The notes: a model not told the origin generated them from the sequence alone. A stretch of 64,000 nucleotides of DNA from an uncultured bacterium (GCA_963803305.1 CAWDLT010000009.1:333347-397346); one strand, 5' to 3'; counted from the first letter of the stretch, positions 50,047 to 60,309 are shown. Program-made: numbers and translations.

Positions 50047-50598
50047 CTAGAGGATTCGCTGGACGAGCCAGTTGAAGGCCGCGTCCAGAGCGCCGAGGTA
50101 GGCCGCCGCGACGGCGATGAACAAGAGCGTTACCGCCGAAGCCTGGATCAGCGTCTCGCGGTCCGGCCATTGGACCCTCTTCAGCTCTGCCCAGCAGGAG
50201 ACCAGGAACCCGATCACCGCGCCGCGCTGTCGCTCCTGCGGCTCGGCGGGGGCGCGGCGGCGCTTCTCGGATTCCTTGCGGCGTCGCTCGCGGTCGCGCT
50301 CCTCGCGTCGCTTCGCCCGCCTGCTGGTGCGGTCGGTCGGCGCCTCGGGCGCAGCCTCGGCCGTCGGCGCGGCGCGCTTCTTCGCGGCAGGCTTCGCGGG
50401 CTCCGGCGACGATTCGGTCAGCGCCTCCAAGTCGGCTCCCTGCTCGGCGAGCTCGGCTTCTATGACGTCCGCGGACTCCGGAACCTGAGTTCGCTCCTGG
50501 GCGCGAACGTCGGCGTCTCGAGAGCGCTCGGCCTCGCGCGAGGCGCGCGCTTCGCGCGCTCGCCGCTCTGCCTTTCGCTGCGCTCTCGTCTTCGCCAC
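50047..50598 (-). CDS. secE: Preprotein translocase subunit SecE with a ~120-aa highly charged N-terminal extension
   Basis: The C-terminal VIGFLVSCWAELKRVQWPDRETLIQASAVTLLFIAVAAAYLGALD is SecE. The N-terminus is Lys/Arg/Glu/Ala-rich. Confidence 0.85.
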   Translation of the reverse strand: MAKTRAQRKAERRAREARASREAERSRDADVRAQERTQVPESADVIEAELAEQGADLEALTESSPEPAKPAAKKRAAPTAEAAPEAPTDRTSRRAKRREERDRERRRKESEKRRRAPAEPQERQRGAVIGFLVSCWAELKRVQWPDRETLIQASAVTLLFIAVAAAYLGALDAAFNWLVQRIL

Positions 50599-50616
50599 GA
50601 CTGATCAAGTCCTCGC

Positions 50617-50781
50617 TCAGCGCGTCTCCTTGTGGGGGGTATGGCGACCACACCAGTGGCAGTACTTGCGCAGCTCGATCCGGTCGGGCGTGTTGCGCCG
50701 CGACTTGTTGGTCTGGTAGTTGCGCCGCCTGCATTCCTCGCAAGCGAGCGTTACGGCGATTCGAACGTCTCCGCGTGCCAT
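50617..50781 (-). CDS. rpmG: 50S ribosomal protein L33 (zinc-ribbon form)
   Basis: [54 protein letters not shown]. The longer ORF upstream is an artefact. Confidence 0.9.
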   Translation of the reverse strand: MARGDVRIAVTLACEECRRRNYQTNKSRRNTPDRIELRKYCHWCGRHTPHKETR

Positions 50782-51028
50782 TGGCTGATCGTGATCCCCT
50801 CTTCGCTCCGGGCGGGCGGCCCGACGGCGCGACGCGCACCCCTCAGAAAAAAGACCCGGCCACCTCGCCGTCGGCGAGGGAGCGCGAGGTGCGCGAAGGA
50901 TAGCGTCCCGCAAGCGGTGCGGCGGTGCGGCGCGAATCCCACTCAAGGGACCCGTGGCGCGACGTCGAAGTGGACGGGATCGGTTGCTTCGGCGGCCAAT
51001 TCGGCAACGCGACATGAGGAGATGACGG

Positions 51029-51916
51029 ATGCGAATCGGTGAACGGCGCCATGGACTTCGAGCTCGAGGCTGGATCGCGGCGATCGCCGTGGCCTTGCTG
51101 GTCTCGGCCACCGCGACCGCGCTCGGCGCATCCTCGGTGCGCACGACGGTTTCCGTTCCGCCCCAGTCGGTCGGCAAGGCGATCGCCGAGTGCGGGGCAC
51201 GGCGAACCGCGGTTGCCGGCGGCTTCGCGTCCCCGGGCTTCAGTCCCGGCGACAACGGGGGCGGGGTCGTGCGACTGACCTCGAGGGTGATCGGCAAGCG
51301 CGCCGTCGAGACCAAGGGCTTCAACTTCAGCCGCGATCCCGCCGACCTCGTCTCGTTCGCCTACTGCGTCAAGCATGCGCCCGGGTTCGAGGTCCGGTCC
51401 AACAAGGTGTTCGTACCTCCCAACAGCCCGGCCGCCGCGGTCGCAAGCTGCCGACCGGGGACACGCGTGGTCGGGGGAGGCTTCGCGACTCCCAGCTTCA
51501 GCGGGGAGTCCGGGCCGGGCGTGGTCACCCTGACCTCGAAGCGCGCGAACCTGCACGATTGGCGCGTCGAGGCGCTCAACATCGGTGGAGACGGCTCGGG
51601 CGATTCGCGCCCCGGCACCCTGGTCGCCTACGCGTACTGCCTGGCCAAGGCGCCGAAGCTCGTAACCGTCTCGAAGCGAGCGGAGTTGAGCTCCGGCGTG
51701 GCGCAGACGACACGCATCGGTTGTCCCGGCGGATCGAGCGCCTACTCCGGCGGGTTCGACGGCAACCTGAAGCTGACCTCCGAATCGAGCGCATCGGGCG
51801 CCCTGACGTCGAAGCGGGTCGACGGGGGCCACGCGTGGCGCGTTCGCTCCCTCGACATCTCGGACACCGCGAGCTCGCATGTGACGGTGTACGCGTACTG
51901 TCGCGGGGCGGGCTGA
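51029..51916 (+). CDS. Secreted protein of unknown family with three ~85-95-aa Cys-bracketed repeats (paralogue A)
   Basis: Signal peptide [21 protein letters not shown]. Each repeat fits C-x2-3-G-x3-4-[VAY]-x-GGF ... TS[KR] ... W[RK]V ... [FV]AYC or YAYC. GAGGAG SD. Confidence 0.7.
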   Translation: MRIGERRHGLRARGWIAAIAVALLVSATATALGASSVRTTVSVPPQSVGKAIAECGARRTAVAGGFASPGFSPGDNGGGVVRLTSRVIGKRAVETKGFNFSRDPADLVSFAYCVKHAPGFEVRSNKVFVPPNSPAAAVASCRPGTRVVGGGFATPSFSGESGPGVVTLTSKRANLHDWRVEALNIGGDGSGDSRPGTLVAYAYCLAKAPKLVTVSKRAELSSGVAQTTRIGCPGGSSAYSGGFDGNLKLTSESSASGALTSKRVDGGHAWRVRSLDISDTASSHVTVYAYCRGAG

Positions 51917-51953
51917 ACGGCTCGGATCCGCGCGCCGGAGTCCGCGCCTCTGG

Positions 51954-53096
51954 CTACAGGCCGAGGGTCTTGGCGATGATGTTGCGCTGGATTTCCGACG
52001 TCCCGCCGTAGATCGTCGACACCAGCGTCGCTCGGACGAGGCGCTCCATGTCGTACTCGGACGAGTACCCGTACCCGCCCATCATCTGCATGCCCTCGAG
52101 CGCGGCCTTCTGCGCCGTCTCGGTGACCAGGAGCTTCACCATCGATGCCTCCCGGGGGAGCATCGTGTCGGGATCCGAGTCCACCTTGGAGGCGACCCAA
52201 TAGGTCATCAGCCGGGCCGCCTCGAGCTCGGTCGCGAGGTCGGCCAGCCGGTGCTGTAGCGCCTGGAAGGAGCCGATCGGCCGGCCGAACTGCCGGCGCT
52301 CCTTGACGTATGAGAGTGCGTCGTCGAAGGCGCGCTGGCCGATCCCGAGCATCGTCGCGGCGAGGATCAGGCGCTCGACGTTGAGGCCCGCCATCAGCTG
52401 GGTCCAGCCCTGGTCAGCCTCGCCGAGCAGGGCGTCCGCCGGCGCCTCGACCTCGTCGAGATAGAGCTGTGCGGTCTCGCGGCCGCCCATCGTGTCGATC
52501 GGGTCGATCCGCAAATTCGAAGCGTCGGTCGGGATCCAGATCATCGACAGGCCCTGGTGCTTGTCGTCGCCCTTGCCGGTCCGACAGACGACCAGGATGT
52601 GGCGGGCGATCCGCGCGTTGGAGCAGAAGACCTTCTGGCCGCGGATCACGAAGCCGCCGTTCACGCGCTCGGCCGACGTGGTCAGGGAGCCGACATCGGA
52701 GCCGGCCTCGGGCTCGGTCATCGCGATCGCCTCGACCTCACCTCGGGCGATCCCCCCGAGCACGTCGCGCTTCTGTTCCTCGGTGCCGAACCGCTGGGTC
52801 GCGCCGGCGACGATCAGGGTGGTGGCGTAGCCGCCGACCGGCGCCAGGCCCCGTGACGTCTCCTCCATAAACAGACACGCCTCGAGCATCCCGCCGCCCG
52901 AGCCCCCGAGGTCCTCGGGAATCGTCACCCCCAGCCATCCGAGCTCGGCCATCTTGCGGTACAGGCCGTCGTTGTGGGCCTCGCCGTAGCCGTTGGTCAG
53001 CTTCTCGCGCTGCTCCTGCGTGCCGCATTCGCGACGGCAGAAGTTGCGAATCGCATCGACGAAGTCGGACTGGGCGTCGGACAGCGTGAAGTCCAC
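51954..53096 (-). CDS. Acyl-CoA dehydrogenase
   Basis: 380 aa with the C-terminal GGYGYSSEYDMERLVRATLVSTIYGGTSEIQRNIIAKTLGL, typical of ACADs. Confidence 0.9.
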   Translation of the reverse strand: MDFTLSDAQSDFVDAIRNFCRRECGTQEQREKLTNGYGEAHNDGLYRKMAELGWLGVTIPEDLGGSGGGMLEACLFMEETSRGLAPVGGYATTLIVAGATQRFGTEEQKRDVLGGIARGEVEAIAMTEPEAGSDVGSLTTSAERVNGGFVIRGQKVFCSNARIARHILVVCRTGKGDDKHQGLSMIWIPTDASNLRIDPIDTMGGRETAQLYLDEVEAPADALLGEADQGWTQLMAGLNVERLILAATMLGIGQRAFDDALSYVKERRQFGRPIGSFQALQHRLADLATELEAARLMTYWVASKVDSDPDTMLPREASMVKLLVTETAQKAALEGMQMMGGYGYSSEYDMERLVRATLVSTIYGGTSEIQRNIIAKTLGL

Positions 53097-53117
53097 GCGC
53101 GGTAGGCTACCCGCGCC

Positions 53118-54047
53118 ATGTTGAAGGGGCGTCTGCGACAGGGATGTCTCGTGGCGGGGGCCGCGATCGCCGTGCTGCTCGCGAGTTACGCAATTGCGAT
53201 CGCCAAGCTCAGCGTCAGGTCGGACAGCGTCACCGTCGCCCCCGGAAACAAGGGGTCGGCGTCAGCCAGGTGCCCGCGGGGCAGCGAAGCCGTCGCGGGC
53301 GGATTCGCCAGCCCGGCCTTTGACCCGCAATTCGTCGGGGCCTCGATCATTCACTACGACTCTCACCGCACAAGCGATCGCGAGTGGACGACTCAGGCTC
53401 ACAACTTCGGCGGTCGTCCCGCCGCCCACCCGAAGGCGGATGGCGAAGGCGAGCTCGACGCCTACGCCGTTTGCGACTCGAAGTCCCCGCCGATCGTCGT
53501 CAAGTCGAAGACCAAGCGGCTGACGGTTTTTTCACTGATGCGGTCAGATCCGATCGGGGTCGGCACCGCAGTGGCTGAGTGTCCGAAGGGAAGCGAGGCG
53601 GTTTCCGGCGGCTTCTCGTCGCCGGGCAATGCCGACAAGGGCGAGGATGCGACCTATCCGTTCACCTCGAAGCGGGTCGGCAACCGCAAGTGGAAGGTGA
53701 AAGCGATCAACAACGACAGCGCCAAGCGTAGGAAGCTGAAGGCGTTCGCCTACTGCGACAAGAGCGAGCCTCGCCTTTACGCCAAGTCGGATCGAGTCGC
53801 CGTGCCGGACGCGGACAAGAGGACCCTCGACCTGGCCTGCCGTGACGGCGACGCGCCGCTCTCGGGCGGGTATTCGAGCACGCTTCGTGACGCCGGGCGT
53901 AGCGCTGCCTTCGCCTTCACCTCGAGGCCGATCTCGAACGATCGCTGGCGCGTGTCGGCGTTCGGAAACGGAGGCAGCGCCGCGAAGCTGGCCAGCCGAA
54001 GGGCGAGCGCCGGCACCCTGACGGCGTACGTCTACTGCAGGCGCTAG
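53118..54047 (+). CDS. Secreted protein with the same triple Cys-bracketed repeat (paralogue B)
   Basis: Signal-like LVAGAAIAVLLASYAIAIA. The repeats contain CPRGSEAVAGGF...AYAVC, CPKGSEAVSGGF...FAYC and CRDGDAPLSGGY...AYVYC. Confidence 0.7.
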   Translation: MLKGRLRQGCLVAGAAIAVLLASYAIAIAKLSVRSDSVTVAPGNKGSASARCPRGSEAVAGGFASPAFDPQFVGASIIHYDSHRTSDREWTTQAHNFGGRPAAHPKADGEGELDAYAVCDSKSPPIVVKSKTKRLTVFSLMRSDPIGVGTAVAECPKGSEAVSGGFSSPGNADKGEDATYPFTSKRVGNRKWKVKAINNDSAKRRKLKAFAYCDKSEPRLYAKSDRVAVPDADKRTLDLACRDGDAPLSGGYSSTLRDAGRSAAFAFTSRPISNDRWRVSAFGNGGSAAKLASRRASAGTLTAYVYCRR

Positions 54048-54146
54048 CGAGCGATCGGGCCCCAAGTCCTCGGAGCGCCCGGGTTCGGGCGCCGAAGGCG
54101 AGTTGCGATGGGGTGCAGCGCAACCCGATATTCGGTACGGCGGGGG

Positions 54147-55352
54147 TTAGCCCAGATATCGGTAGACGACGAACTTCCCGCGGCCGTCGGCGGCCAGGAT
54201 CCGGTCGCGGGAGTCGATCACGGCTGCCTGGGCGCCGAGATAGCGCGAGAAGGTCCTCACCTTGCCGTTGCGAGAGAAGGATCGATCGGGCCTGCCGTCC
54301 TCCTTGTACCGGGCAAGCGCATAGTGGCTGGCGCAGCACCGGTTGCCGTGGGTGCCGCCGGCGGCGACGATCCGCCCGCGTGAATCGATGGCCACCGCAC
54401 TGGCGCGAGCGCCGTCTTGGCCGAAGGACGTCAGGACCTTGCCGTCGTTGGAGAACGACCGGTTACGGCTGCCGTCCGGCCGGTAGCGCGCCAGCGCGAA
54501 CATGGACCGGCCGTTTCGCTGGCCGAATCCGGCCGCCACGATCCGGTCCCGTGAGTCGATCGCCACAGCGCTGGCCTCGTCGTCGGCGCCGAATGTGGTG
54601 TCGGCCTTCCCGAAGTGGCCGAACGACTGGTCCAGGCGGCCATCTTCGGTGTAGCGGGCGAGCGCGAAGTCGCAGTTGACGAAGTCCTCATCGCACCTGC
54701 TGCCGACAGCGACGATCCGCCCACGGGAGTCGATCGCCACCGAGCTTGCGTAGTCGTTGCGCCCCCCGAAATCGGTCGTGAGCAGACCGGCATGGCCGAA
54801 CGACGGGTCGGGGCTGCCGTCGTCCATGTAGCGGGCGACCGCAAAGTCTTGGTTGGACCCTCCTGCGACGACGATCCTGCCATCGGAGTCAATTGCGAGG
54901 GAGCTGGCGGCGCGCGCGAGGCCGCTCGTCACCATGCCGCCGGTGCCGAACGATGGATCGAGGGCTCCGTTGGGCTCGTAGCGGACGATCCCACCGTTCC
55001 CGCCGACGATGATCCGTCCCTCGGAATCGATCGCAACCGAGCTGGCGCTGTCGCTGCCCCCGAGGTCAGTCGTCGCATAGCCGTCGCCCGAGAACGTGCG
55101 GTCGAGCCGACCATCCGTCTTCAGTCGAGCGAGCGCAAAGTCGCCCCTGAACGGCGAGTTGTCGCCGGCGACGACGATCCGCCCGCGCGAGTCGATCGCG
55201 AGGGCACGGGCCTCACAATGGCAATCGACGCCCGCCCTGACCTTCCCTCTGATGCCGAATGACCGGTCGAGGTCGCCCGGGGCAGCCTGTGTGAGACTCG
55301 GCGCGAGCAAGCAACCGAGAACGATGAGCACAAGAGCGGGAAGCCCCTTCAT
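54147..55352 (-). CDS. Secreted delta-60 repeat (beta-propeller-like) protein
   Basis: Signal MKGLPALVLIVLGCLLAPSLTQAAP and seven repeats of DG.LD.SFG..G-type. The ORF-track N-terminus (to 55526) runs over the tRNA-Thr gene and is rejected. Confidence 0.8.
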   Translation of the reverse strand: MKGLPALVLIVLGCLLAPSLTQAAPGDLDRSFGIRGKVRAGVDCHCEARALAIDSRGRIVVAGDNSPFRGDFALARLKTDGRLDRTFSGDGYATTDLGGSDSASSVAIDSEGRIIVGGNGGIVRYEPNGALDPSFGTGGMVTSGLARAASSLAIDSDGRIVVAGGSNQDFAVARYMDDGSPDPSFGHAGLLTTDFGGRNDYASSVAIDSRGRIVAVGSRCDEDFVNCDFALARYTEDGRLDQSFGHFGKADTTFGADDEASAVAIDSRDRIVAAGFGQRNGRSMFALARYRPDGSRNRSFSNDGKVLTSFGQDGARASAVAIDSRGRIVAAGGTHGNRCCASHYALARYKEDGRPDRSFSRNGKVRTFSRYLGAQAAVIDSRDRILAADGRGKFVVYRYLG

Positions 55353-55468
55353 TGCCCGATTGTCGCCCCCGGTCCATCCGAAGGCAATGACCCTAGGTGG
55401 AGATCGCGACACCGCGCCCACCGTGCAAGGCCGCGCCAACAACTGCCGCCCAATCGCTGATCCAGCCA

Positions 55469-55541
55469 AGCCCGGAGTCGGACTTGAACCGACGACCCCC
55501 TCCTTACCATGGAGGTGCTCTACCAACTGAGCTATCCGGGC
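55469..55541 (-). tRNA. tRNA-Thr (anticodon GGT)
   Basis: A manual cloverleaf fits: GCCCGGA TA GCTC AGTTGGTA GAGC A CCTCC ATGGTAA GGAGG GGGTC GTCGG TTCAAGT CCGAC TCCGGGC T. It is 73 nt and CCA is not encoded. Confidence 0.9.
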
Positions 55542-55548
55542 GGGGGGC

Positions 55549-56208
55549 TCACGATAGCGAGGCGTGGGCGGCGTTCACGGGTCGCTTCCGGGCGGTGACG
55601 ATCGCGTAGCCGCCGCCCAGGAGAAGCAGCGAGCTCCCATGCGACAGCCCCGAACGGGCGATGATCGCCTCCAGCTCTCGAGAGCGATAGAAGTGGACGT
55701 GGCTGCGCTGAAACGTCCGCAGGACGAGGTCGAGCGCCCGTGCCGCGAGGCGGTCGCTGCAGCCGTCGCCGATCACCACGCGGCCCCCCGGCGCCAGGAC
55801 CCGGGCCATCTCGCGGATCGCTCGATCGGGGTCCGGGTAGTGGTGGAACGAGGTCGTGCACAGGATCGCCGTGAAGGCGTCGTCTCCGAACGGCAGAAGT
55901 TCGCTGTCGGCCTCGCGAAAGTCGGCGTTGGGGAGGTCGGCAGCCAACTCGCGGGCCCGCGCCACCATGGCGGGCGAGAGGTCGACGCCGACGGCCCTCT
56001 CGACGGCGGGGGCCGCCTCGCGCACCGCCGCGCCCGTGCCGCAGCCGATGTCGAGCATTCGATCGTCTTTCGCCGGACGGAGCGTCCTCAGCGCCTCGGC
56101 CTGGAGGTCGGCGAGCCACCGCGACGTGCGGTCCTCCTCGTAGCGACCGGCCCAGCGATCGAAGTGCCGGCGGGCGCTCGCCTTCTTGGCGCTCGACGCT
56201 CCGCTCAT
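55549..56208 (-). CDS. Class I SAM-dependent methyltransferase
   Basis: Motif I MLDIGCGTGAA and a Methyltransf_11-like layout. Confidence 0.8.
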   Translation of the reverse strand: MSGASSAKKASARRHFDRWAGRYEEDRTSRWLADLQAEALRTLRPAKDDRMLDIGCGTGAAVREAAPAVERAVGVDLSPAMVARARELAADLPNADFREADSELLPFGDDAFTAILCTTSFHHYPDPDRAIREMARVLAPGGRVVIGDGCSDRLAARALDLVLRTFQRSHVHFYRSRELEAIIARSGLSHGSSLLLLGGGYAIVTARKRPVNAAHASLS

Positions 56209-56215
56209 GGGTACC

Positions 56216-57265
56216 TCAGGCGAGTGCGGTCGTGAGCGCCGCCGCGAGACCGTCTACGTCCTCCTCGGTGGTATCCCACGAGCACATGAGGCGGATCGTG
56301 CCGGCGGCCTCGTCCCAGACGTAGAACGGAAGCGCCACGGGGAGTGCGTCGCGCAGGCGGTCGATTGCGGGTGCCGGGAGAGTCACGAAGGTGCCGTTCG
56401 CCTCGACCGGGAAGGCGAGCTCGGCGCCCTCGATCCCGTTGACAGCGTCGGCGAGCCGTCGCGCCATCGCGTTCGCGTGCGAGGCGTTCGCCAGCCACAG
56501 GTCCCCCTCCAACAGCGCGTCGAACTGGACCGCGAGGAACCGCATCTTCGAGGCGAGCTGGCCGAGCTGCTTGCGGGTGTAGCGGTAGGTCTCCGCGAGC
56601 TCCGGGCGCAGGAACACCACCGCCTCGCCCAGCAGGAGCCCGTTCTTGGTCCCGCCAAACGAGACGACGTCGACGCCGGCGTCGGTGGTCAGGGCGCGGA
56701 GCGCCAGGTCGAGCGACGCCGCCGCGTTCGCGAGACGGGCGCCGTCGACGTGAACGTGCATCCCGAGCTCATGCGCGGCATCGGCAATCGCCCTGGTCTC
56801 CTCGGCCGTGTAGACGGTGCCCACCTCCGTGGCCTGGGTGATCGAGACGACGCGAGGCTGTGCCTGGTGCTCGTCCCCCCGCCGGCTCTCCCAGCGGCGA
56901 ACGTCGGCCGGGCTCAACTTGCCGTTCTCGGTCGGCACGGTGAGAAGCTTGGTGCCGGCGACTCGCTCGGGAGCCCCGCACTCATCCACATGCATGTGGG
57001 CGACCTCGGTGCAGATCACCGCCTCGTGGGACTCGGTGAGAGCGTCGACGGCGGTTAGGTTCGCGCCCGTTCCGTTGAAGAGCATGAACGGCTCGGAGCG
57101 CTCGCCGAAGTGTCGGCGAAAGCGCTCCCGGGTGGCGGCGGTGTAGTCGTCGTCTCCGTATGCGACCACGTGGCCTTGGTTGGCTGCGGCGATCGCCGCC
57201 AGGACGTCGGGGTGGGCGCCCGAGTTGTTGTCGCTGGCGAACCCCCGCGGATGCCGGTCGCTCAC
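56216..57265 (-). CDS. Threonine aldolase family (beta-eliminating lyase fold, PLP-dependent) protein
   Basis: N-terminus GFASDNNSGAHPDVLAAIAAAN and the PLP-lysine region SFGGTKNG. The GTG at 57265 overlaps the SDR stop (GTGA). The longer ORF upstream is an artefact. Confidence 0.75.
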   Translation of the reverse strand: MSDRHPRGFASDNNSGAHPDVLAAIAAANQGHVVAYGDDDYTAATRERFRRHFGERSEPFMLFNGTGANLTAVDALTESHEAVICTEVAHMHVDECGAPERVAGTKLLTVPTENGKLSPADVRRWESRRGDEHQAQPRVVSITQATEVGTVYTAEETRAIADAAHELGMHVHVDGARLANAAASLDLALRALTTDAGVDVVSFGGTKNGLLLGEAVVFLRPELAETYRYTRKQLGQLASKMRFLAVQFDALLEGDLWLANASHANAMARRLADAVNGIEGAELAFPVEANGTFVTLPAPAIDRLRDALPVALPFYVWDEAAGTIRLMCSWDTTEEDVDGLAAALTTALA

Positions 57266-57972
57266 GGGTGAAGTGATAGCCGCTGACCGTTCATCTTCGC
57301 GGCGGCATCGCTGCACACGAAGCAGATCGCGTCGGCGATCTGCTCCACCGTGGTGAAGGTGGGGAACTCCTTTTCCGGGCTCTGCTCGCGCATCTGCGGA
57401 GTGAGAATCGCGTTGACGACGATCACGTTCGCGGTCGCCGCGGAGTCCTTGAAGGAGTCGGCGAGGGCGAGCGTCCAGCTCTCGGCGGCCGCCTTGGCGG
57501 CGCCGTAGGAGGCGTTCGTCGCGTCCGGTCGCTGCGCCTGCGACGAGCTGACCAGGACGAAGCGCCCATGGTCGCTTGCGCTGAGCGCGTTCCAGAAGGC
57601 GCGGGTCGTGTGCTGGACCGTGCGGACGAGCAGGTCGTGGAGCCATTCGTAGTCGGACAGCGGCGCATCCGCCAGCGGCTCGCCGCCGCGCCAGCCTCCG
57701 ACCAGGTGCAGCAGGGCGTCCACGCCGCTGAATCGTTCGCTCAGGTCCTCGGCCCAGCCTCGAGCCGCGTCGGCGTCGAGGAGGTCCACGGCCCGGCCGT
57801 CGTAGCGGCGGTCGGACAGCACCAGGTCGGAGCCGAGCTGGTCGAGCCGCTCCTGCGAGACGTCGGTCGCGGCGATCGTCGCCCCCGCATCCACGAGCCG
57901 CCGGATCACGGCAGGGCCGAGGCCGCCTGCCGCGCCGGCGATCGCGATCACCCGTCCGTCGAGCTCACCCAT
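57262..57972 (-). CDS. SDR-family oxidoreductase
   Basis: Cofactor motif IAGAAGGLG and catalytic YGAAKAA (YxxxK). Confidence 0.85.
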   Translation of the reverse strand: MGELDGRVIAIAGAAGGLGPAVIRRLVDAGATIAATDVSQERLDQLGSDLVLSDRRYDGRAVDLLDADAARGWAEDLSERFSGVDALLHLVGGWRGGEPLADAPLSDYEWLHDLLVRTVQHTTRAFWNALSASDHGRFVLVSSSQAQRPDATNASYGAAKAAAESWTLALADSFKDSAATANVIVVNAILTPQMREQSPEKEFPTFTTVEQIADAICFVCSDAAAKMNGQRLSLHP

Positions 57973-58068
57973 GGTCGGGATTCTCCCCGATCCGGGGCCC
58001 ACCCGGGCCGACGCAGCTCGGCACCCATCCCGAGCTCGATTGCGCCGACCGCCGGCGGGGGTGCGGAC

Positions 58069-60255
58069 TCAAAGCGCGCCGGTCGGCCGGGTGAGGACGG
58101 ACTCGAGCTTGGCGGCGAGCTGGGTGTAGAAGAGGCTGAGCGGGAACTCGTCGTCCTTGACCAGATCGACCAGTTCCTTGGGCTCGGAGACTTCGGGGAG
58201 CGCCCGATGTCCGCGAGCCCACGCCGAGCCGTCCGCGGGCGCGACGTAGGAGGCGACGAGGTCGTGGGCCGCAACCCACTGCCCGAGCTTCGAGCGATCG
58301 ATCCCCGAGTGGTAGAGGTCCTGGACCCTGGCGCGAAGGGCCTCGACCCCGGCAGCGATCCGCTCCCACTCGATCGTGAGGCGATTGTCGGTCCAGTGCA
58401 GGTAGCCCTCCCGGTGGAGGAACGCGAACAGAAGCTGCCCGCCGAGCCCGTCGTAGTTTCGAACGCGATCGCCGGTAACCGGGAAGCGGAACAGGCGGTC
58501 GAAGAGGATCGTGTACTGCACGTATCGGGCGAACGCGAAGCCCTCGCGCTCGAGCTTCACCGACTCGGCGAAGGCGGTCAAATCGCAGCGAAGCTCCTCG
58601 AGTGAGTACATCCAGTAGGGGCTGCGCTGGCGGATCATGAACGGGTCGAACGGCAGATCGCCGTGCATGTGGGTTCGGTCGTGGATCAGGTCCCAGACGA
58701 TGTAGGCGTCCATCGAGAGCTCGGGTGAGGTGAGGAGGCAGGCAGCGTCCGGCGGGAGCCTCAGGTCCAGGAACTCGGCGGCGCCGGCGCAGACACGGCG
58801 GAAGCGCTCAGCCTCGCGATCGCAGAAGATGCCCCCGAAGTAGCTCGGAGGGCGCTCCGCGGTGGAGAAGGTCTCGGGGAAGAGGACCGCACACTCGGAG
58901 TCGTACCCCGAGGTGTAGTCGACGAGGTTGACGGGGACGAACTTCGGGTTGTCATAGCCCGAGCGCTCCAGCTCGGCGACGAACTCAGGCCACGGGACGC
59001 GGACGATCAGCGCCTCGAAACAGGTGTCGCGAGAGGCGTTTTGCTTGTACATGGGAAAGACCGCCAAGTGCTCGATCCCGTCTCGGCGATGGCGCTCGGG
59101 ACGAAACGCCTCGGTCGATCGGTCGAAGGCGGGCTTGCCGTACCCGGACGCGGCCCAGTCGCCGAGGTCGGCGGCGAGCGCCTCGAGGTAGTCCTCCTGG
59201 TGCGGGAAGTGAGCCGCCAGGCCCCGGGCGCTCCGGCTGATCGACTCGACCAGCTCGCCGACCCGGCCTGGGTCGTGGGCGGTGGTGTCGACGGACCCGT
59301 CGGGCTCCTGGATCGCGCGGAGTCCCTCGACCGCCCGCTTCAGCTCCGCCCAGTTGGGGTCCGATCGAGCCCGGGAGTCGGTGACCGTCTGGACGCCGCC
59401 GAAGGCCGGCTGTGCGGCCCAGTAGACGAGGTTCAGCCACAGGGTCTCGTTGTCGAGCTGACCGAGGCAGTCGTCGCCGAACAGGTCGGAGTCGGCCAGG
59501 ACGACGACCCGCCCGGCCCCGTGCTCGACGACGGCCGCGAGGGGCGCGCCCGGCGGCGAGGCGGTCGGATGCGTCCGGGCGATCGCCCGCGCGCCGTTGT
59601 GGAGGGCCAGGGTCCCGGCCCGGTAAAAACAGGCTCGCTCGACCCGGGTAGTGAGATCGACCGTGGTATCCCCATCGGCCGCCGCGCCATCGGTGGGCGC
59701 CATGCCTTCGCGGTTGGAGCGGGAGTCGGGGGGGGACTCGCCGAGCTCGGCCAGGACCCAGGATGGGGCCGAGTGGTGGTGCTCGTAGTCCTGCACGGTC
59801 CGGCTCTCGATCTCGACCCCGAAACGGGCCAGGAGCTCGTTCAGGTTGTTTCCGTACTTAGCCTGCTCGGTCTCGCCGAGGGCGATCAGGCCGCCGCCGC
59901 CGCGCACGAACTCCTCGATCGCGTCGAGCTCCGCCTCGGAGAGGCGGACGGCGCGGTCGCTGACGGTCGCCTCCCACTTCGGATCGGAGGGGTGGGCGAT
60001 CACCAGGACGTCGGCGCTCGCGAGCGTCTCCCGGGTCAGGGGGCGGTCCTCGTTCGGGGCCACCTCGAAGTCCCGCTCGGCCAGCCGCTCCGCGGCTGCC
60101 GCGTAGGAGGAGTCGGCGGGGTGTGCCGGCTGCATCCGTTCGGCGACCGGCCGGCGAATCGTCCACGCCTCGGAGTGGGACTCGTCGAAGAGGATTCGGG
60201 CGACCTTGGGCTGGGTGAGCATCTGCGTTCCCTCCTCCGTGTGGTCGATCTTCAA
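58069..60255 (-). CDS. Large conserved hypothetical protein: N-terminal GldG/DUF4350-like domain plus a C-terminal domain of unknown function (possibly DUF6421-like)
   Basis: The N-terminus has ILFDESHSE...VLVIAHP...FVRGGGGLIALGE...LADSDLFGDD. The C-terminus has WDLIHDRTHMHGDLPFDPFMIRQRSPYWMYSLEELRCD. The family names are recalled, not searched. Confidence 0.6.
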   Translation of the reverse strand: MKIDHTEEGTQMLTQPKVARILFDESHSEAWTIRRPVAERMQPAHPADSSYAAAAERLAERDFEVAPNEDRPLTRETLASADVLVIAHPSDPKWEATVSDRAVRLSEAELDAIEEFVRGGGGLIALGETEQAKYGNNLNELLARFGVEIESRTVQDYEHHHSAPSWVLAELGESPPDSRSNREGMAPTDGAAADGDTTVDLTTRVERACFYRAGTLALHNGARAIARTHPTASPPGAPLAAVVEHGAGRVVVLADSDLFGDDCLGQLDNETLWLNLVYWAAQPAFGGVQTVTDSRARSDPNWAELKRAVEGLRAIQEPDGSVDTTAHDPGRVGELVESISRSARGLAAHFPHQEDYLEALAADLGDWAASGYGKPAFDRSTEAFRPERHRRDGIEHLAVFPMYKQNASRDTCFEALIVRVPWPEFVAELERSGYDNPKFVPVNLVDYTSGYDSECAVLFPETFSTAERPPSYFGGIFCDREAERFRRVCAGAAEFLDLRLPPDAACLLTSPELSMDAYIVWDLIHDRTHMHGDLPFDPFMIRQRSPYWMYSLEELRCDLTAFAESVKLEREGFAFARYVQYTILFDRLFRFPVTGDRVRNYDGLGGQLLFAFLHREGYLHWTDNRLTIEWERIAAGVEALRARVQDLYHSGIDRSKLGQWVAAHDLVASYVAPADGSAWARGHRALPEVSEPKELVDLVKDDEFPLSLFYTQLAAKLESVLTRPTGAL

Positions 60256-60309
60256 CGGTACGGGGCCGAATCGCTCGCGTCAATACCCGATCATCATCGT
60301 ATTTGCGCA

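Noticed and set aside
50840-50885. Minus-strand hairpin (CACCTCGC...GCGAGGTG) followed by a T6 run upstream of rpmG, considered as a terminator.
   Set aside because: The T run is separated from the stem by 8-10 nt, and no minus-strand gene ends upstream. The evidence is too weak to annotate.
55353-55526. N-terminal 58 codons of ORF 54147-55526 (MVEHLHGKEGVVGSSPTPG...).
   Set aside because: This part overlaps the tRNA-Thr gene. A signal-peptide-bearing start (MKGLPALVLIV) at 55352 fits the secreted repeat protein.
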